The notes under the pieces were generated by a model, which searched no databases, was not told where the DNA came from, and worked only from the letters and a program-made list of their open reading frames with translations. A program made the translations under genes and the position numbers. From Epithemia pelagica (taxonomy: Eukaryota; Protista; Bacillariophyta), in the NCBI GenBank assembly GCA_946965045.2, contig OX337237.1:186001-250000 (forward strand): a stretch of DNA of 64,000 bases, in the 5' to 3' direction. Within the stretch, counting starts at the first letter, position 1. Every line of letters starts with the position of its first letter. This document shows, piece after piece, positions 10,720 to 21,392 of this stretch.

Positions 10720-13458
10720 TTACTCCAACGAGTCTGTCAAGGACGACGACAATGAGGCGGTTTGCGAATTGTCCGAGGTGGTCCTGGATGGTTTGCTCTT
10801 TCCTCCCCACGAATACAATGACTTTGAAGGAGTGACACTTGGATCCGCATCCAGTGTGGATCGTCGTGCTACGTCTTCTTTCGTTGGGGAACCCTCGCTC
10901 TTCTTGTTGTGGTGTGCGACGGCAACAGTGTGGGTGTGACGATGATGCAACCGTGTCAATTCATGTTCCTTCGTTTGTCCGGTCCTTGCACCCACATCAT
11001 TGTCAACTGCACCACCAATGTCATTGTTTGTTTCCGTACTACCATGAAAGGACGACGACCCAAACGAGGATTGCGTCCGCATCAAGGGTTGCGAGGTGGC
11101 TTCTCGTCGCGCGCGGGCATAGTCGCCAATCTGCCACAAACAAACCATGGCAATGGCAAAAAAGACATTGAGGGAGGCCAAACTCCACGCCATTTGAAAT
11201 CCCAGTTCATTCAAGACGGAAAAGACCAAGGGTGGTAACCAGGCCAGGACGTTGGCGGCCAACATCATGAGTCCCATCAATTCGGCCCGAGCGGGAACGG
11301 ACGAATCGTCATGGTCATGGTGGTGGTGGTCCGCGGCCAAGCCCTCTTGTTTGTCCTCATCCTCGCCACTGCTTTTATGCGAAAGAACTGCTGCATCCAA
11401 GGACTGTTTTGCTTGGTCGTCTTTTACCAAACCTGCTTCTGCCTCCGCTGCCGTCGTCGTGGTTGCTGGCGTCGTTGTCGTTGTGGGCATGAGATTCATA
11501 TAAATGGTATTGTCCACGGGTGGGAGCCATCCAAGCAGCATGCCCCACAAGACAAAAAATACCGTGGTGGGCCATCCCTGATGTTGCGGTCCCGTCAAGA
11601 CGCACGAGGCGGCCGTGGTGACAACAATGCAAAGCGCATTGCAAATCAAGGCCGACACGACGGGACTTTGAAAGTGGACCGACAAGAATCCACCGAGCAA
11701 ACTACCGGGAATGCCCGTCAAGAGGGAAATGAAAAAGACGAGACCAATTTGAGTGGCCGACATTTGCAAGACTTCTTTGAGATAGGTTGTCACAATGGCG
11801 GCAAAGCCCGAAACCTGTATTTGTAAGATAATAAGAAGAAAGTATAATAATAGAGTGCCACCCACATCAAAACAGGCAGCAACCGAAACACAACACAGCC
11901 ACATCCAAAAAATGACAATTGTCAGAGAAAGAGAAGAGAGAGAAAGCAATGAGAACGAAAGAAGGGGGAGGAACAAGCGAGAGAAATAAAGAAACTGCTC
12001 CGCACACACGAACTGCAGGCCCCGACAACGACACCGGTTTATATTACTCCATGCATCCGTTCCCAGATTTGTGTAATAGTGTATCCGCTCGTCTTGTCGT
12101 CCTTCTGTGGAGTACACAATGGTACGTACCGCGGCCTCCGAACACATGCGAGCACAGATGGTCCAACACAGGGCCCGATGGGACGCGACAATGCGACGAC
12201 TGGTTTGATAGACCTGGACAAAGCCCCGGGTCCACAAATTTTTGGTACGACGGGCCGCGGGTCGAGGACGAAAATACAACTGCCAGGCCAGGGCAAAACA
12301 GGGCCAGGATACGAGGAGGGTCAAGACTTGACTGATGCGCGCCGTTTGAACATTGTTCGACAAGGGAGACGACGACGAATCGTCATCATTGTTGATGTCA
12401 TTTGGTGAGTCATTTGGTTCGTCCTCAATGGTCGTTGCGGTCCTGGTTGTGGATGTGCCATGATGATTCCACAGGGCCGACACACCAAAGACAGAGAGTA
12501 AAAAGACGAGCATGCTGATATATTGAACGACATTGTATCCGGAATTGTACTGCGCCTTGAGGTGAGGATCGTGCGTGAGTTCCGTCAAGTAGGCATAGGC
12601 CGCGGCCGCATGCACGTTAAACAAGACGCTCGTGACAATTTGCAAGCCGGCGACCCACATCCACGTGTGTGGACCAATCGTGGCTTCGACGCCTTTTAAC
12701 AGTGCCATGGCCCAGGCCGAGACCAACCCGACGGCGCGACGATAGGGCGTGTGATCGACCACGGCCCCCACAAAGGGCAAACACAGGGATCCCAGCAAAC
12801 CGGCGACAATGGCAATGTTGGTAATCAATGAGGAGGGACGAAATCCGTGAATGCGACAGACCGCGTTGGGTGAAGTATCGTCGTTGCCATTGTACACGGG
12901 AGATGAGTCGTTGGGATTGGAAGTGTCACTCGTACCACCACTGCAGTGCAGGGCCGCCGCGGCTTGGGCCAGTTCGAGCAAGGCCGGTGCCAAAACCATG
13001 GAACTCATCAAGACATGGCCTCGGGCATAATAATCCAAGGTCAAGCCCCACACTTCGGGCGGATTCTTCTTGTTGGGCGTATGGTTGTGGTTGGATGTGA
13101 CCAAAGACTCGTCGTCTTGTTGTTCTTCTTCTTCGTGTTGTGGGAGTGGAGAAGAGGATGCGGATGCTGCTGGTCCTGGTCGACGTTGTTGTGTGGGGGA
13201 CCACCACTCCCTCCAAGACCAGGAAGAAGATGATGATGAAAGTCGTGGTGGTAGTTCTTCCTCATCGACAAACAATTCGTCGTCGTGCTCGTCTTTTTGG
13301 AAGGATGGATTGTCATGGTAGTGATGCTTCGTTGGGTGGTGGTCGTCGTTCCCACGAGTGGATAATGTGGTGCTCGTGGCCAATTGTGAAGCATCCTGTG
13401 GTGCGGCCAAAGAAGAAGACGCATGATTGGAACGATTTCGTTCCAGCCAGGGCAACAT
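10720..13458 (-). CDS. MFS transporter, Atg22/UMF1-like; probable intron 11815-12129
   Basis: About 12 hydrophobic segments; motifs LCLPFVGAVVDHTPYRR and AYAYLTELT. Removing the 315-nt gtacgt..atacag segment joins SEAA to VSGFAAIVTTYLKEVL. Confidence 0.8.
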   Translation of the reverse strand: MLPWLERNRSNHASSSLAAPQDASQLATSTTLSTRGNDDHHPTKHHYHDNPSFQKDEHDDELFVDEEELPPRLSSSSSSWSWREWWSPTQQRRPGPAASASSSPLPQHEEEEQQDDESLVTSNHNHTPNKKNPPEVWGLTLDYYARGHVLMSSMVLAPALLELAQAAAALHCSGGTSDTSNPNDSSPVYNGNDDTSPNAVCRIHGFRPSSLITNIAIVAGLLGSLCLPFVGAVVDHTPYRRAVGLVSAWAMALLKGVEATIGPHTWMWVAGLQIVTSVLFNVHAAAAYAYLTELTHDPHLKAQYNSGYNVVQYISMLVFLLSVFGVSALWNHHGTSTTRTATTIEDEPNDSPNDINNDDDSSSSPLSNNVQTARISQVLTLLVSWPCFALAWQLYFRPRPAARRTKNLWTRGFVQVYQTSRRIVASHRALCWTICARMCSEAAVRTIVYSTEGRQDERIHYYTNLGTDAWSNINRCRCRGLQFVCAEQFLYFSRLFLPLLSFSLLSLSSLSLTIVIFWMWLCCVSVAACFDVGGTLLLYFLLIILQIQVSGFAAIVTTYLKEVLQMSATQIGLVFFISLLTGIPGSLLGGFLSVHFQSPVVSALICNALCIVVTTAASCVLTGPQHQGWPTTVFFVLWGMLLGWLPPVDNTIYMNLMPTTTTTPATTTTAAEAEAGLVKDDQAKQSLDAAVLSHKSSGEDEDKQEGLAADHHHHDHDDSSVPARAELMGLMMLAANVLAWLPPLVFSVLNELGFQMAWSLASLNVFFAIAMVCLWQIGDYARARREATSQPLMRTQSSFGSSSFHGSTETNNDIGGAVDNDVGARTGQTKEHELTRLHHRHTHTVAVAHHNKKSEGSPTKEDVARRSTLDADPSVTPSKSLYSWGGKSKPSRTTSDNSQTASLSSSLTDSLE

Positions 13459-13988
13459 GATGAGAATATTGTATGTACAAACAAAAGGGACGGTTTCTGC
13501 TGGAGAGAACCTTGTTCCTCCTCGTTTCCTCTTCTTCTTTGACTAGTATATACAAAGTGCAAATGGATGCCAATCCACGTAACCAGGCAACCGAGAGGCG
13601 AACACACAAAGACACAACACAAAAGAAACGGTCCACCCACAAGAGACGAAAAAAGACCCCCCAAAACGTGTGATGTGCGAACGACCAAGTCCTAATACTC
13701 CTCAGAGGTCAAACGGGGAAGGAAAGCTTCCAAAATTTTTGGAGCAACAACTTTGCCAATGAACCTCCGCTGGGGAGACGGATGGGTGTGGCAGTCATTC
13801 GATTGGACAGGTCCCTGCCAGTCGCGTCGGTAGCCCAACCAAACACAGGGATATGGGCCAACGAGAGTTTCTTAGACAAAAGTCCGATGACAAGAGTTAC
13901 TCCTACCTATAGCTATGTATCGGTGGACTGTGGACTTGCACTGCAGCGATTGCTACCAAAAAAACGATTTGGTTGTCGCCAAACGGCT

Positions 13989-14230
13989 CGACACGATGGA
14001 CATGGACCGCCACCGTGTCCATCATTGTTGCCATCTTTCTCATGGCATTTTGGTTGTCGCTACTAGTAGGTAGAGCCATTGATCTATACACATGGATCGA
14101 CAGCCACTGCCTTGACACGATGGACATGGACCGCCACCGTGTTCATCATTGGTTCCATCTCCCCATGGCATTTTGGTTGTCGCTACTAGTAGAGCCATAA
14201 TAGATAGGCACATGGATGGACAGCCAACGA
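13989..14230. repeat. Two tandem ~125-bp units
   Basis: gacacgatggacatggaccgccaccgtgt...catggcattttggttgtcgctactagtag occurs twice. Confidence 0.8.
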
Positions 14231-14749
14231 CTTTCTCATCCATCTTGGCCCATCTCCTGACATGCGCAGTCTCGAAAGGACCAGTACTACGCACGTTCGT
14301 TTCGTATTGTCCTCTACTAGAATTCAGGCAACCCAGCTGTAGTTCTCCAACTCTAGAGGAGAGAAGGAAGAGTGTTCGATTGGTAACGATTGCCTTTGAA
14401 AGGTACATTGCGAGGATCTTTCAAATAGCAGGCATAGCAGGGATAGTGTATTCTTTGGATTGGTAGCGACTACCGCTGGGAGTGGATAGGCACCAAGGAG
14501 ACTAGATATAGAGGAGTATGTTTTAAGAAAAGAGCTTGCATGTTTTGAGTGATGTACCAACTGCTGACTACCGATCAAGACACTGGTCACCTTCCAGTGG
14601 TGGATATGAGAAAGGAACTCTTTGGTGGCCTACCTAGCAATTTTCAATCTACCTTCCAAAGTAGTTGCAGAGAGGTTGAAGAGGGATCTAGGATCTATCC
14701 TTTGCCCTCTCTCTCTCTCTCTCTCGCCAGTCGTCATTGTTGTCTTTGG

Positions 14750-15065
14750 TGTTCTCCCCGAATGATTGTTCTCATTCGAATCATCTTTTTCGATAGCTTT
14801 TATGGGTCGAAGCCTTCTCGGATTGTGCGGCTGGCACATCTGAGCAGCATTGGATGACTATCATTCCTGATGCGGTCATGAATCCATAGTCCAAAGCTCA
14901 TTCTGTCGTCAGTCGTCCTTGTCGTCTTTTGTGTTCTTCCCAAACCATGGTTCTCATTCGAGCCCTTGTCTGTGGGCAGAAAGCTTCTCGGATTGTGCGG
15001 CTGACACATCTGAGCAGCATTGGATGACTGTCATTCATGATGCCGTCATGGATCGTAGCTTTGCG
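14750..15065. repeat. Two tandem ~170-bp units
   Basis: ttctcggattgtgcggctg.cacatctgagcagcattggatgact.tcatt occurs twice. Confidence 0.8.
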
Positions 15066-15280
15066 TCAATGTTGATTACACAGTACTCGCCTCGCGAGAT
15101 CCACATTGTGGATCTACGAACTCTGCCTAATAAGGTATTGATGGAGGGAGGATCTCGCATCTCCATCTCGCATCTCGCATCTTTGCTGCCATCGCGCGTA
15201 TATCGCTCTTGTCATCCTTTATCGCCATGGGCCCTTCGCGTTCGTCTCGGATTCCATATCTAGTACAGGTTTTCTACAGT

Positions 15281-15514
15281 TGTTGGAAGTTCCCCGTTGC
15301 CGCCCGGTGCATTCGGAACCTGGGGGGAAACTCCACGTGCGTACGAGTATGGACACACGTCACCATACGACACTTCCCAACTGACGCCCCTACTGCGTCA
15401 GCACATACACACCCATAGCGTAACATGACCATACCCTTATAATTTACTCAATCCCCTTTTACGAAACTAGCTAGTTGGCCCTTTTAATCGGCAGTGACCA
15501 CGGTTAAAACAACA
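15281..15514 (+). mobile_element. Candidate solo LTR (234 bp)
   Basis: Termini TGTTG...CAACA and a TATA-like ttataa. Flanks are ACAGT and (g)ACAGT, i.e. a 5-bp TSD offset by one base. Confidence 0.45.
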
Positions 15515-15926
15515 GACAGTTCGACGGTGCGAATGCGAACGAGCAGTCTCTTTTGTTTCTGTTTTACGTTTTACTTTTTACTTTCTTGACGATACTGGGG
15601 CCGTCTGTCTTTGCTCCCCCAAGTTCTAAAATTCTTTTGTTTTTTGTTTTGTACCATCGTCTTTTTGTAGTTAAACTTCAAACTCCCTAGTTTGTGGCTG
15701 CAACAACAACCTGTAAGATTCCCAGTGGGTGTCTCTGGTGAGGTGAAAAGTGACATGAATGAGGCACCATGAAAGAGACTGGATCATCGAAAGCCATGTT
15801 GATTACATGAGTGAGATGAGCAATAGCAAGAACAAACGATATTTGATAAAATGATTTAGAGAGTATATGCTGCTACTACGTCCACATGAGAGTCGGTCTC
15901 TAGCTTCCATCCATTCACTAGCTAGG

Positions 15927-16595
15927 CTAAAGCCTTTGAAGCCAAATGTCCATTTTTAGGTCTCGATCAAGATGATCACTCTCACTTTCTCGAAACATGC
16001 CAGTCTGTCGTGGCTGAATGCGAGGTCTCAGTCGAACAGATGGCAACTTGGACAGCTTGTGCAAGGCAACCAACTCTTCTTCTTCTTCGTCATCATCAAC
16101 CTGAAGACCAGTTTCGTCTTCCTCAAGATCCGGTAATAACCTCAAACCAGCTTCTGGTACGCATTCTTCATGGCCAATGTAGTGAATACCCCTCAGTGAC
16201 GAGGAAAAGCTAGTCTCACAACTTCGGGGAGACTTGTTAGGTCGTCTCGGGAGTGCGCACTTGGCTTGAATAGGCGCAACTTGAACGCCACAATTGTATG
16301 CTGCAGGATGCATTTGTTCCCACTGTCTTGACCGCTTGGACTCGCTTCGACTTGTTCTTCTCAGTCGGTCGGATCTTGTGACGGGGAAATTCTCGTTGCG
16401 ATGTGGCGGTGTCAAGTCCGATACTTCAACCAGAGAGAAATCAATCGAAGATATCATCGTGTCAAGGACATGTGTCGACCCACTTTTCTCAACCGCTGCA
16501 CGTTGGACCGTGGCTTCCCCATGGTCGCAACTCTTTGTTTGTTGGTTTCCTTGGGAGGAGGACTCTGTTGTGGAACGGATAGGACCCATCGGCAT
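15927..16595 (-). CDS. Hypothetical S/E/R-rich protein
   Basis: 235-aa ORF with low-complexity composition. No recognisable domain. Confidence 0.45.
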   Translation of the reverse strand: MPMGPIRSTTESSSQGNQQTKSCDHGEATVQRAAVEKSGSTHVLDTMISSIDFSLVEVSDLTPPHRNENFPVTRSDRLRRTSRSESKRSRQWEQMHPAAYNCGVQVAPIQAKCALPRRPNKSPRSCETSFSSSLRGIHYIGHEECVPEAGLRLLPDLEEDETGLQVDDDEEEEELVALHKLSKLPSVRLRPRIQPRQTGMFRESESDHLDRDLKMDIWLQRL

Positions 16596-17933
16596 CTTTC
16601 TCGCAACTAGGGAGACGCAGTTGTATGAGAGCAAATGATCAAATTATGGAGTGACACACGAATGTTGGTGTCAAGAGACCCGCGTGAGAATTTTGGTGGG
16701 ACGGAAGGACGGGTACATTTTGTCCTATAGTTCTTGTCCTGGTTTGTGACAGGATCTGGAAGTGCGACCGCGTGACTTATGCGAATTCCAGAGGGGCAAT
16801 TTCTTTAGATCCCAATCTCCAAATTCTTTCGGATGATGCGAAAGAATTTGGAGATTTGTATAGGCTAAATCCGTATGCTCGCGGCGCAGGTATTCTTTCC
16901 GGGAAACTTAGCTTACGGAGAGCACGTGCTTGATCGCCTAAACAATCATCGAAGGATAAAATTTTGCTGCATGTATTCAATCTTGGAAGAGAAGCCTGTT
17001 TGGTCTTGTAAGACATGGAGCGACCTTTCAGTTTTATGGAGTGAGAGTTGGCATCGAGAAAATATCCAAGGGAATAGTTCTAAGTTCTAAGCCAAAATGA
17101 CAGATGACACCTCGACGATGCATCTTCCATTGCTCTAGCTGCTTCTTCTCAAAAACAGTGTATGACGCATGTCGGAAATCTGAAATGAGAATAAGCATAA
17201 TATTATAGTAAAGAAGTGTTATTGCTTATTGCTTGTTGCTTCTACTTTCTACCTTCTACATTCTACACCTCTAGCTTCTGGCTTTTGGCTTTTGTCAGCT
17301 CTACGGAGTATTCATTAGGAGCTACTCCTAGGAGTTTGGAGTATTATTATTATTTGTCCTTCTTATAACCTATAATATAGGAGTATCATCTTTTATCTTT
17401 TATGCTCCTTCATCCTTCACCCTTCACCCTTCATAGTTCACAGGAGTACTTCATACATACTTGATAACAAAAAATAAAAACAACCTGTGGACACTCATTT
17501 CGCCTTTCCTTCTTGCTTTGTAATCGAGCACCTCCACACCAGGGTTGTGAAGTACGCACACTCACACCTTGTACTTGACTACTAGTCCTTAAGTACACTA
17601 AAACTAGTAGCTGTTACTTTACTCTTATTACTTTAAGTACGTCTAATGAAAGCATGTACTTTTCTTGAAATACTTACAAGATTAGTCGTCTGTGCTGATT
17701 AATTAACGTACTTAACTTAAGATAAGTAAGTACAGCAATCTAACCAGACTTACTTGACTTAGCAAAAGTATCTGTTGCCGATACTGTGCTGGTACTTTAA
17801 TATCAACAAGTACCACATCATGAGAGTTTCCCTCGCCTTACTTACTCCAAGTAAGTACCTTGCTGTCTAACCCAAAGTACTTAATTTATAACATTAAGTA
17901 CGTACTTTCAAGTAATCAAAGTACCTACTTCAC

Positions 17934-18508
17934 CAAGGTTGCTACTACGTCACGTCACGGGCCACAACCGTGACGTGACGCCGTCAAAAAGTGACGGGAA
18001 TATGTTCCCGTCAGGTGTTTCCGTCACTTTCGTCAATTTTGGGATATTGATAAGACAAAAGGGATGTATGATAGAAATATGATGTTTTGACTGTATGTTT
18101 CATGGTCCCTGATGTCTGTAAATGGTGCCTGAAGTGGACGGAAGCTCCACTTCGTCTCCTTTTCCAAGGATGAATCCCCAAAGTTTGTCCTTGTCCCGTC
18201 ACAGTAGTGATTCTGACATCCAACCACGGTAAGTCAACATCGATCATGCACACATAATAGTTATGACCATGCATGATCATCAATGGTTGATTGTTGCTCA
18301 TTCCTTGGATCACTTTGGATGCCATTTTTGTGCGTTTCTCGACGTATCTGTTTGCCTACAAAAGATCCACAAAAGATTTTTTTGTTTCCCGTCACTTTTT
18401 TTCATTCCCGTCATTCGTCACAGCCTTATGGCCTGACGTGACGTCGTCAATTTTACTTCACGTCACGTGACGTGCGTCAATTGTGACGTCGTCACAGTAG
18501 CATCCTTG
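17934..18508. mobile_element. 575-bp MITE nested in the hAT left end (P-superfamily-like termini)
   Basis: 13-bp TIR CAAGG(T/A)TGCTACT with 1 mismatch and a perfect 7-bp TSD ACTTCAC (17927-17933 / 18509-18515). About 20 subterminal TGACG/CGTCA motifs. Confidence 0.8.
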
Positions 18509-18670
18509 ACTTCACGCATCAATTTATCACTTACCTGTTACAGTCTGTTACATACTACTGCTCTCCAAGGTACAAGTGCAGCGTTCAGTGCAGTGCATAG
18601 TGCATCCTGTGTTCCTTGCCAAATTCCAATCCCATTTTCCAATCCAAGTAATGAGACATCCCCATTCACC

Positions 18671-20398
18671 ATGTCGATGGATTCTCTCATAGAGGACAAT
18701 TCTCTTCTGCAATTCACATCAACCTGTCACATTGAGTGGTCTCTGTCATGCTGTGACTCATATTCTCTTTTCATTGCGGACAGTATTACTTCATGCATTC
18801 TGGCTCCGCACGAGGAACAATTACATGCGGTTGTTACTGCCTCTGCCTCCTGGCTGAACCGTAATCAGCATTCGATAAAACTTCATACTCTCTCGGAATG
18901 TCAAGCAAGTCACCATTGTATTATACCCAGATTTTCTTTCGAACAACTCCTTTTTCAAGTTAGCTCCCTTATTCTCCAATGGCTCAATGGAACAGACAAA
19001 CACAACCTTATTTCCATCACATCACACGACGAAACAACCGATCTTTATCTTGAAGTAAAATGCACACCGAAGTTCTCAATCTCCCCATGTATGGGTTGTT
19101 CCCAGTGCACCTCCTTTGTCATTGACGAATTCAAGGAATATCCCGACGACTCTTTGCTGAGTATTGTTCTTGCATGGATACAGCGCAATCAAGCCCAATT
19201 CGTTGTCACTGATACCCTAACAGGTGTCTCCACCGTTCCCAACTCAATTGAAACGGTAATGGAAATTTTACTGAATTATATATCGGAAAAGATAACTCAA
19301 TTACCGACTCCACCAGACCCCCTAAGCACACCACCCGTGTCCATCCAAGATGTATCCAAAAAAGCCTCTGACGATTCCACCACATCCTCATTATCTCAAT
19401 CCACAAACTCTGTGCAGAATACGAAAACATCTTCTCCTAAAAAGCTTAGTCCATCCCGCCACAAGTACCAAACTCGGAAACAGAATGCTTTACTTTCGAG
19501 AGAAATCATTCTTGGGTCAAAATCTCGCAACAAAGTACAATACAATGATGGGAAAGGACCACGTGGGTTCATGCATGGCGACCCATTCAAAATATCCCCA
19601 AGTCGCATTACATGCCCGAATTTACCACTCCGGCCATCCGCAACAACTATCGCAGATCGAGAAGCTTTCCTTGACGAACTACAAGCCTTCCACAACGTGC
19701 TTAAAAGTTCTGGACTCCATTCTCCTCGTGATGCCTGGGAAGAATGGATGGACATGGTGGGAGGTGATGACAAACTAGCGGACAAGGCCTTCATGTGTCT
19801 CATAATCATTCTTATGAGCTCGAGTACAACAGACAGTCAATTAGCGGCATTCATTCCCAAAATATTCTCTGCCGGTGTTACCTCCGCTGATGGTGTTCTC
19901 GAAGTGGTAGATCGCATTGGAATTGACCCCTTTTGTGCACTAATCTCTCCAGTTGGCCGTTTCCATCAAAATGCCGAAAGGATTGTCCATTCGGCATCGT
20001 ACTTTGTCACCAGATATAACGGCAGAATCCCCAACGACATATCCATACGAGAGTTGACCTCCTTGTTTGGAATTGGATACAAGACAGCACAAATTGTTGT
20101 ATCCACTGCATTTGACCGAATAGATGGCATCCCCTCTGACGTCCATGTTATGCGTTGGTGCGAGGCACTGAAATGGACACCGCCACTTTCAAACGACGGT
20201 CTACTCTGTTCGAAGTGCATAGAACAATGGCTGCCTCCATCAAAATGGGGAATAATCAATCCCCTGTTTGGTGGAATTGGTCAGCTGATACAAAATCCGG
20301 AAAAACGTCCGCAATTGCTAGCATTATTGGACGAGAACGGCTCTGACATGCTACAATCTACGATTCGCCGGATTCTAAAAGCTTACGGTAAATACTAA
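18671..20398 (+). CDS. Endonuclease III (Nth)-like HhH-GPD DNA glycosylase/AP lyase with a long N-terminal extension and no Fe-S motif
   Basis: FMCLIIILMSSSTTD, ISPVGRFHQNAERI, HhH LTSLFGIGYKTA, IPSDVHV and WLPPSKWGIINPLFGGIGQ match the Nth pattern. First ATG after the MITE is at 18671. Confidence 0.85.
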   Translation: MSMDSLIEDNSLLQFTSTCHIEWSLSCCDSYSLFIADSITSCILAPHEEQLHAVVTASASWLNRNQHSIKLHTLSECQASHHCIIPRFSFEQLLFQVSSLILQWLNGTDKHNLISITSHDETTDLYLEVKCTPKFSISPCMGCSQCTSFVIDEFKEYPDDSLLSIVLAWIQRNQAQFVVTDTLTGVSTVPNSIETVMEILLNYISEKITQLPTPPDPLSTPPVSIQDVSKKASDDSTTSSLSQSTNSVQNTKTSSPKKLSPSRHKYQTRKQNALLSREIILGSKSRNKVQYNDGKGPRGFMHGDPFKISPSRITCPNLPLRPSATTIADREAFLDELQAFHNVLKSSGLHSPRDAWEEWMDMVGGDDKLADKAFMCLIIILMSSSTTDSQLAAFIPKIFSAGVTSADGVLEVVDRIGIDPFCALISPVGRFHQNAERIVHSASYFVTRYNGRIPNDISIRELTSLFGIGYKTAQIVVSTAFDRIDGIPSDVHVMRWCEALKWTPPLSNDGLLCSKCIEQWLPPSKWGIINPLFGGIGQLIQNPEKRPQLLALLDENGSDMLQSTIRRILKAYGKY

Positions 20399-20444
20399 TT
20401 TGGTTGAATGTTCATTAAAATACTACTTTAGTTCTTCGCTGGTG

Positions 20445-21387
20445 TCAATGGTTTTCCTCGTCGTCTTCATTGGTCTCCTCATCGTCCTCATTGGAGTCGT
20501 CGTCTCCCACCTCCTCTTCTTCTTCCTCCTCATTGGCATCCTGGAACTCCTCTTCTTCCTCTTCATCCTCGTTCTCATCATGCTCTGAATTTTCATCTTT
20601 ATCGTTATCTGACAAGGCATCAAGCAATCTACGAGAGAAGTTGCTCTCTTTTTCCATATTGTCCGATTGTTCATCGCTCCGATCTGATTGAGTCGATCGT
20701 TGTTTGTTCGCTTTCTTCTTCTTCTGTTTAGGAGACCGCCTCAATTCTTCGCTTCCGGATGACCTTTTTCTCGGTGGTGGTGGATTTGTCTTCTTTGTCG
20801 TTGACTTGGAACTGGATGTTGTTCTAATTTTGGACTGCTCGGCCTTCTTCTGACTCGAAGTTGTTGGTGTTTGGTTAGCCTTCCTCTTCTTCTTTGACAC
20901 AGATTCAGATCCTGCCGTATCGTCCTTTTTTTGGCTCATCGCTTTTCTCTTTCGTTCCTCGACTGCTTCTTTCCTTGATCTTTCTAGTGATTCAAGACGG
21001 TCCATTTCTTCCTGTAGATGAACTGTGATGGCTTCATCTGTGTCGATGTCTTCTTCGACATCACTTTCCTCATTGTGATCACTGACATCAGACAAGTCCA
21101 ATGATACTGGCTGTATGTCGTCTGCTGGCATCGGTACTGTGTCGTCGTTGTTGTCGTCTCCCAAGTCTGGATAGTACTCGTATACAGGTTCCGGTGTGCT
21201 ACTTGCGAGAATATCGGTCGGCGGATTTTTCTTTGCGTTGAAATCTTCCAATTCTTTAGTCGCTTCCTTCAACAACATGTTCCTTAGTCTGTGCCAAACC
21301 AATTGGGATGCGATACACGGCACAATTGCGAGGATCACAGAACATGACAGTGACCCCAAGTACATCGTACTTCTTAGCCTGCCACAC
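20445..21387 (-). pseudogene. hAT transposase 3' remnant: (D)VWQAKKYDVLGVTVMFCDP, then a deletion/frameshift into a K/D/E-rich tail
   Basis: Removing the copia plus one TSD gives ATVCHD-VWQAKKYDVLGVT, the hAT D-x-W...Y.GVT motif. The rest of the catalytic core and the dimerisation domain are absent. Confidence 0.75.
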
Positions 21388-21392
21388 ATCAT

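Noticed and set aside
18467-18670. GTG-started N-terminal extension of the glycosylase ORF
   Set aside because: It begins inside the MITE; the ATG at 18671 is the more plausible start.
19770-20290. Calling the glycosylase a ROS1/DEMETER ortholog
   Set aside because: It lacks the Fe-S motif and the other ROS1 domains; the pattern is Nth-like. 5mC activity is only a hypothesis.
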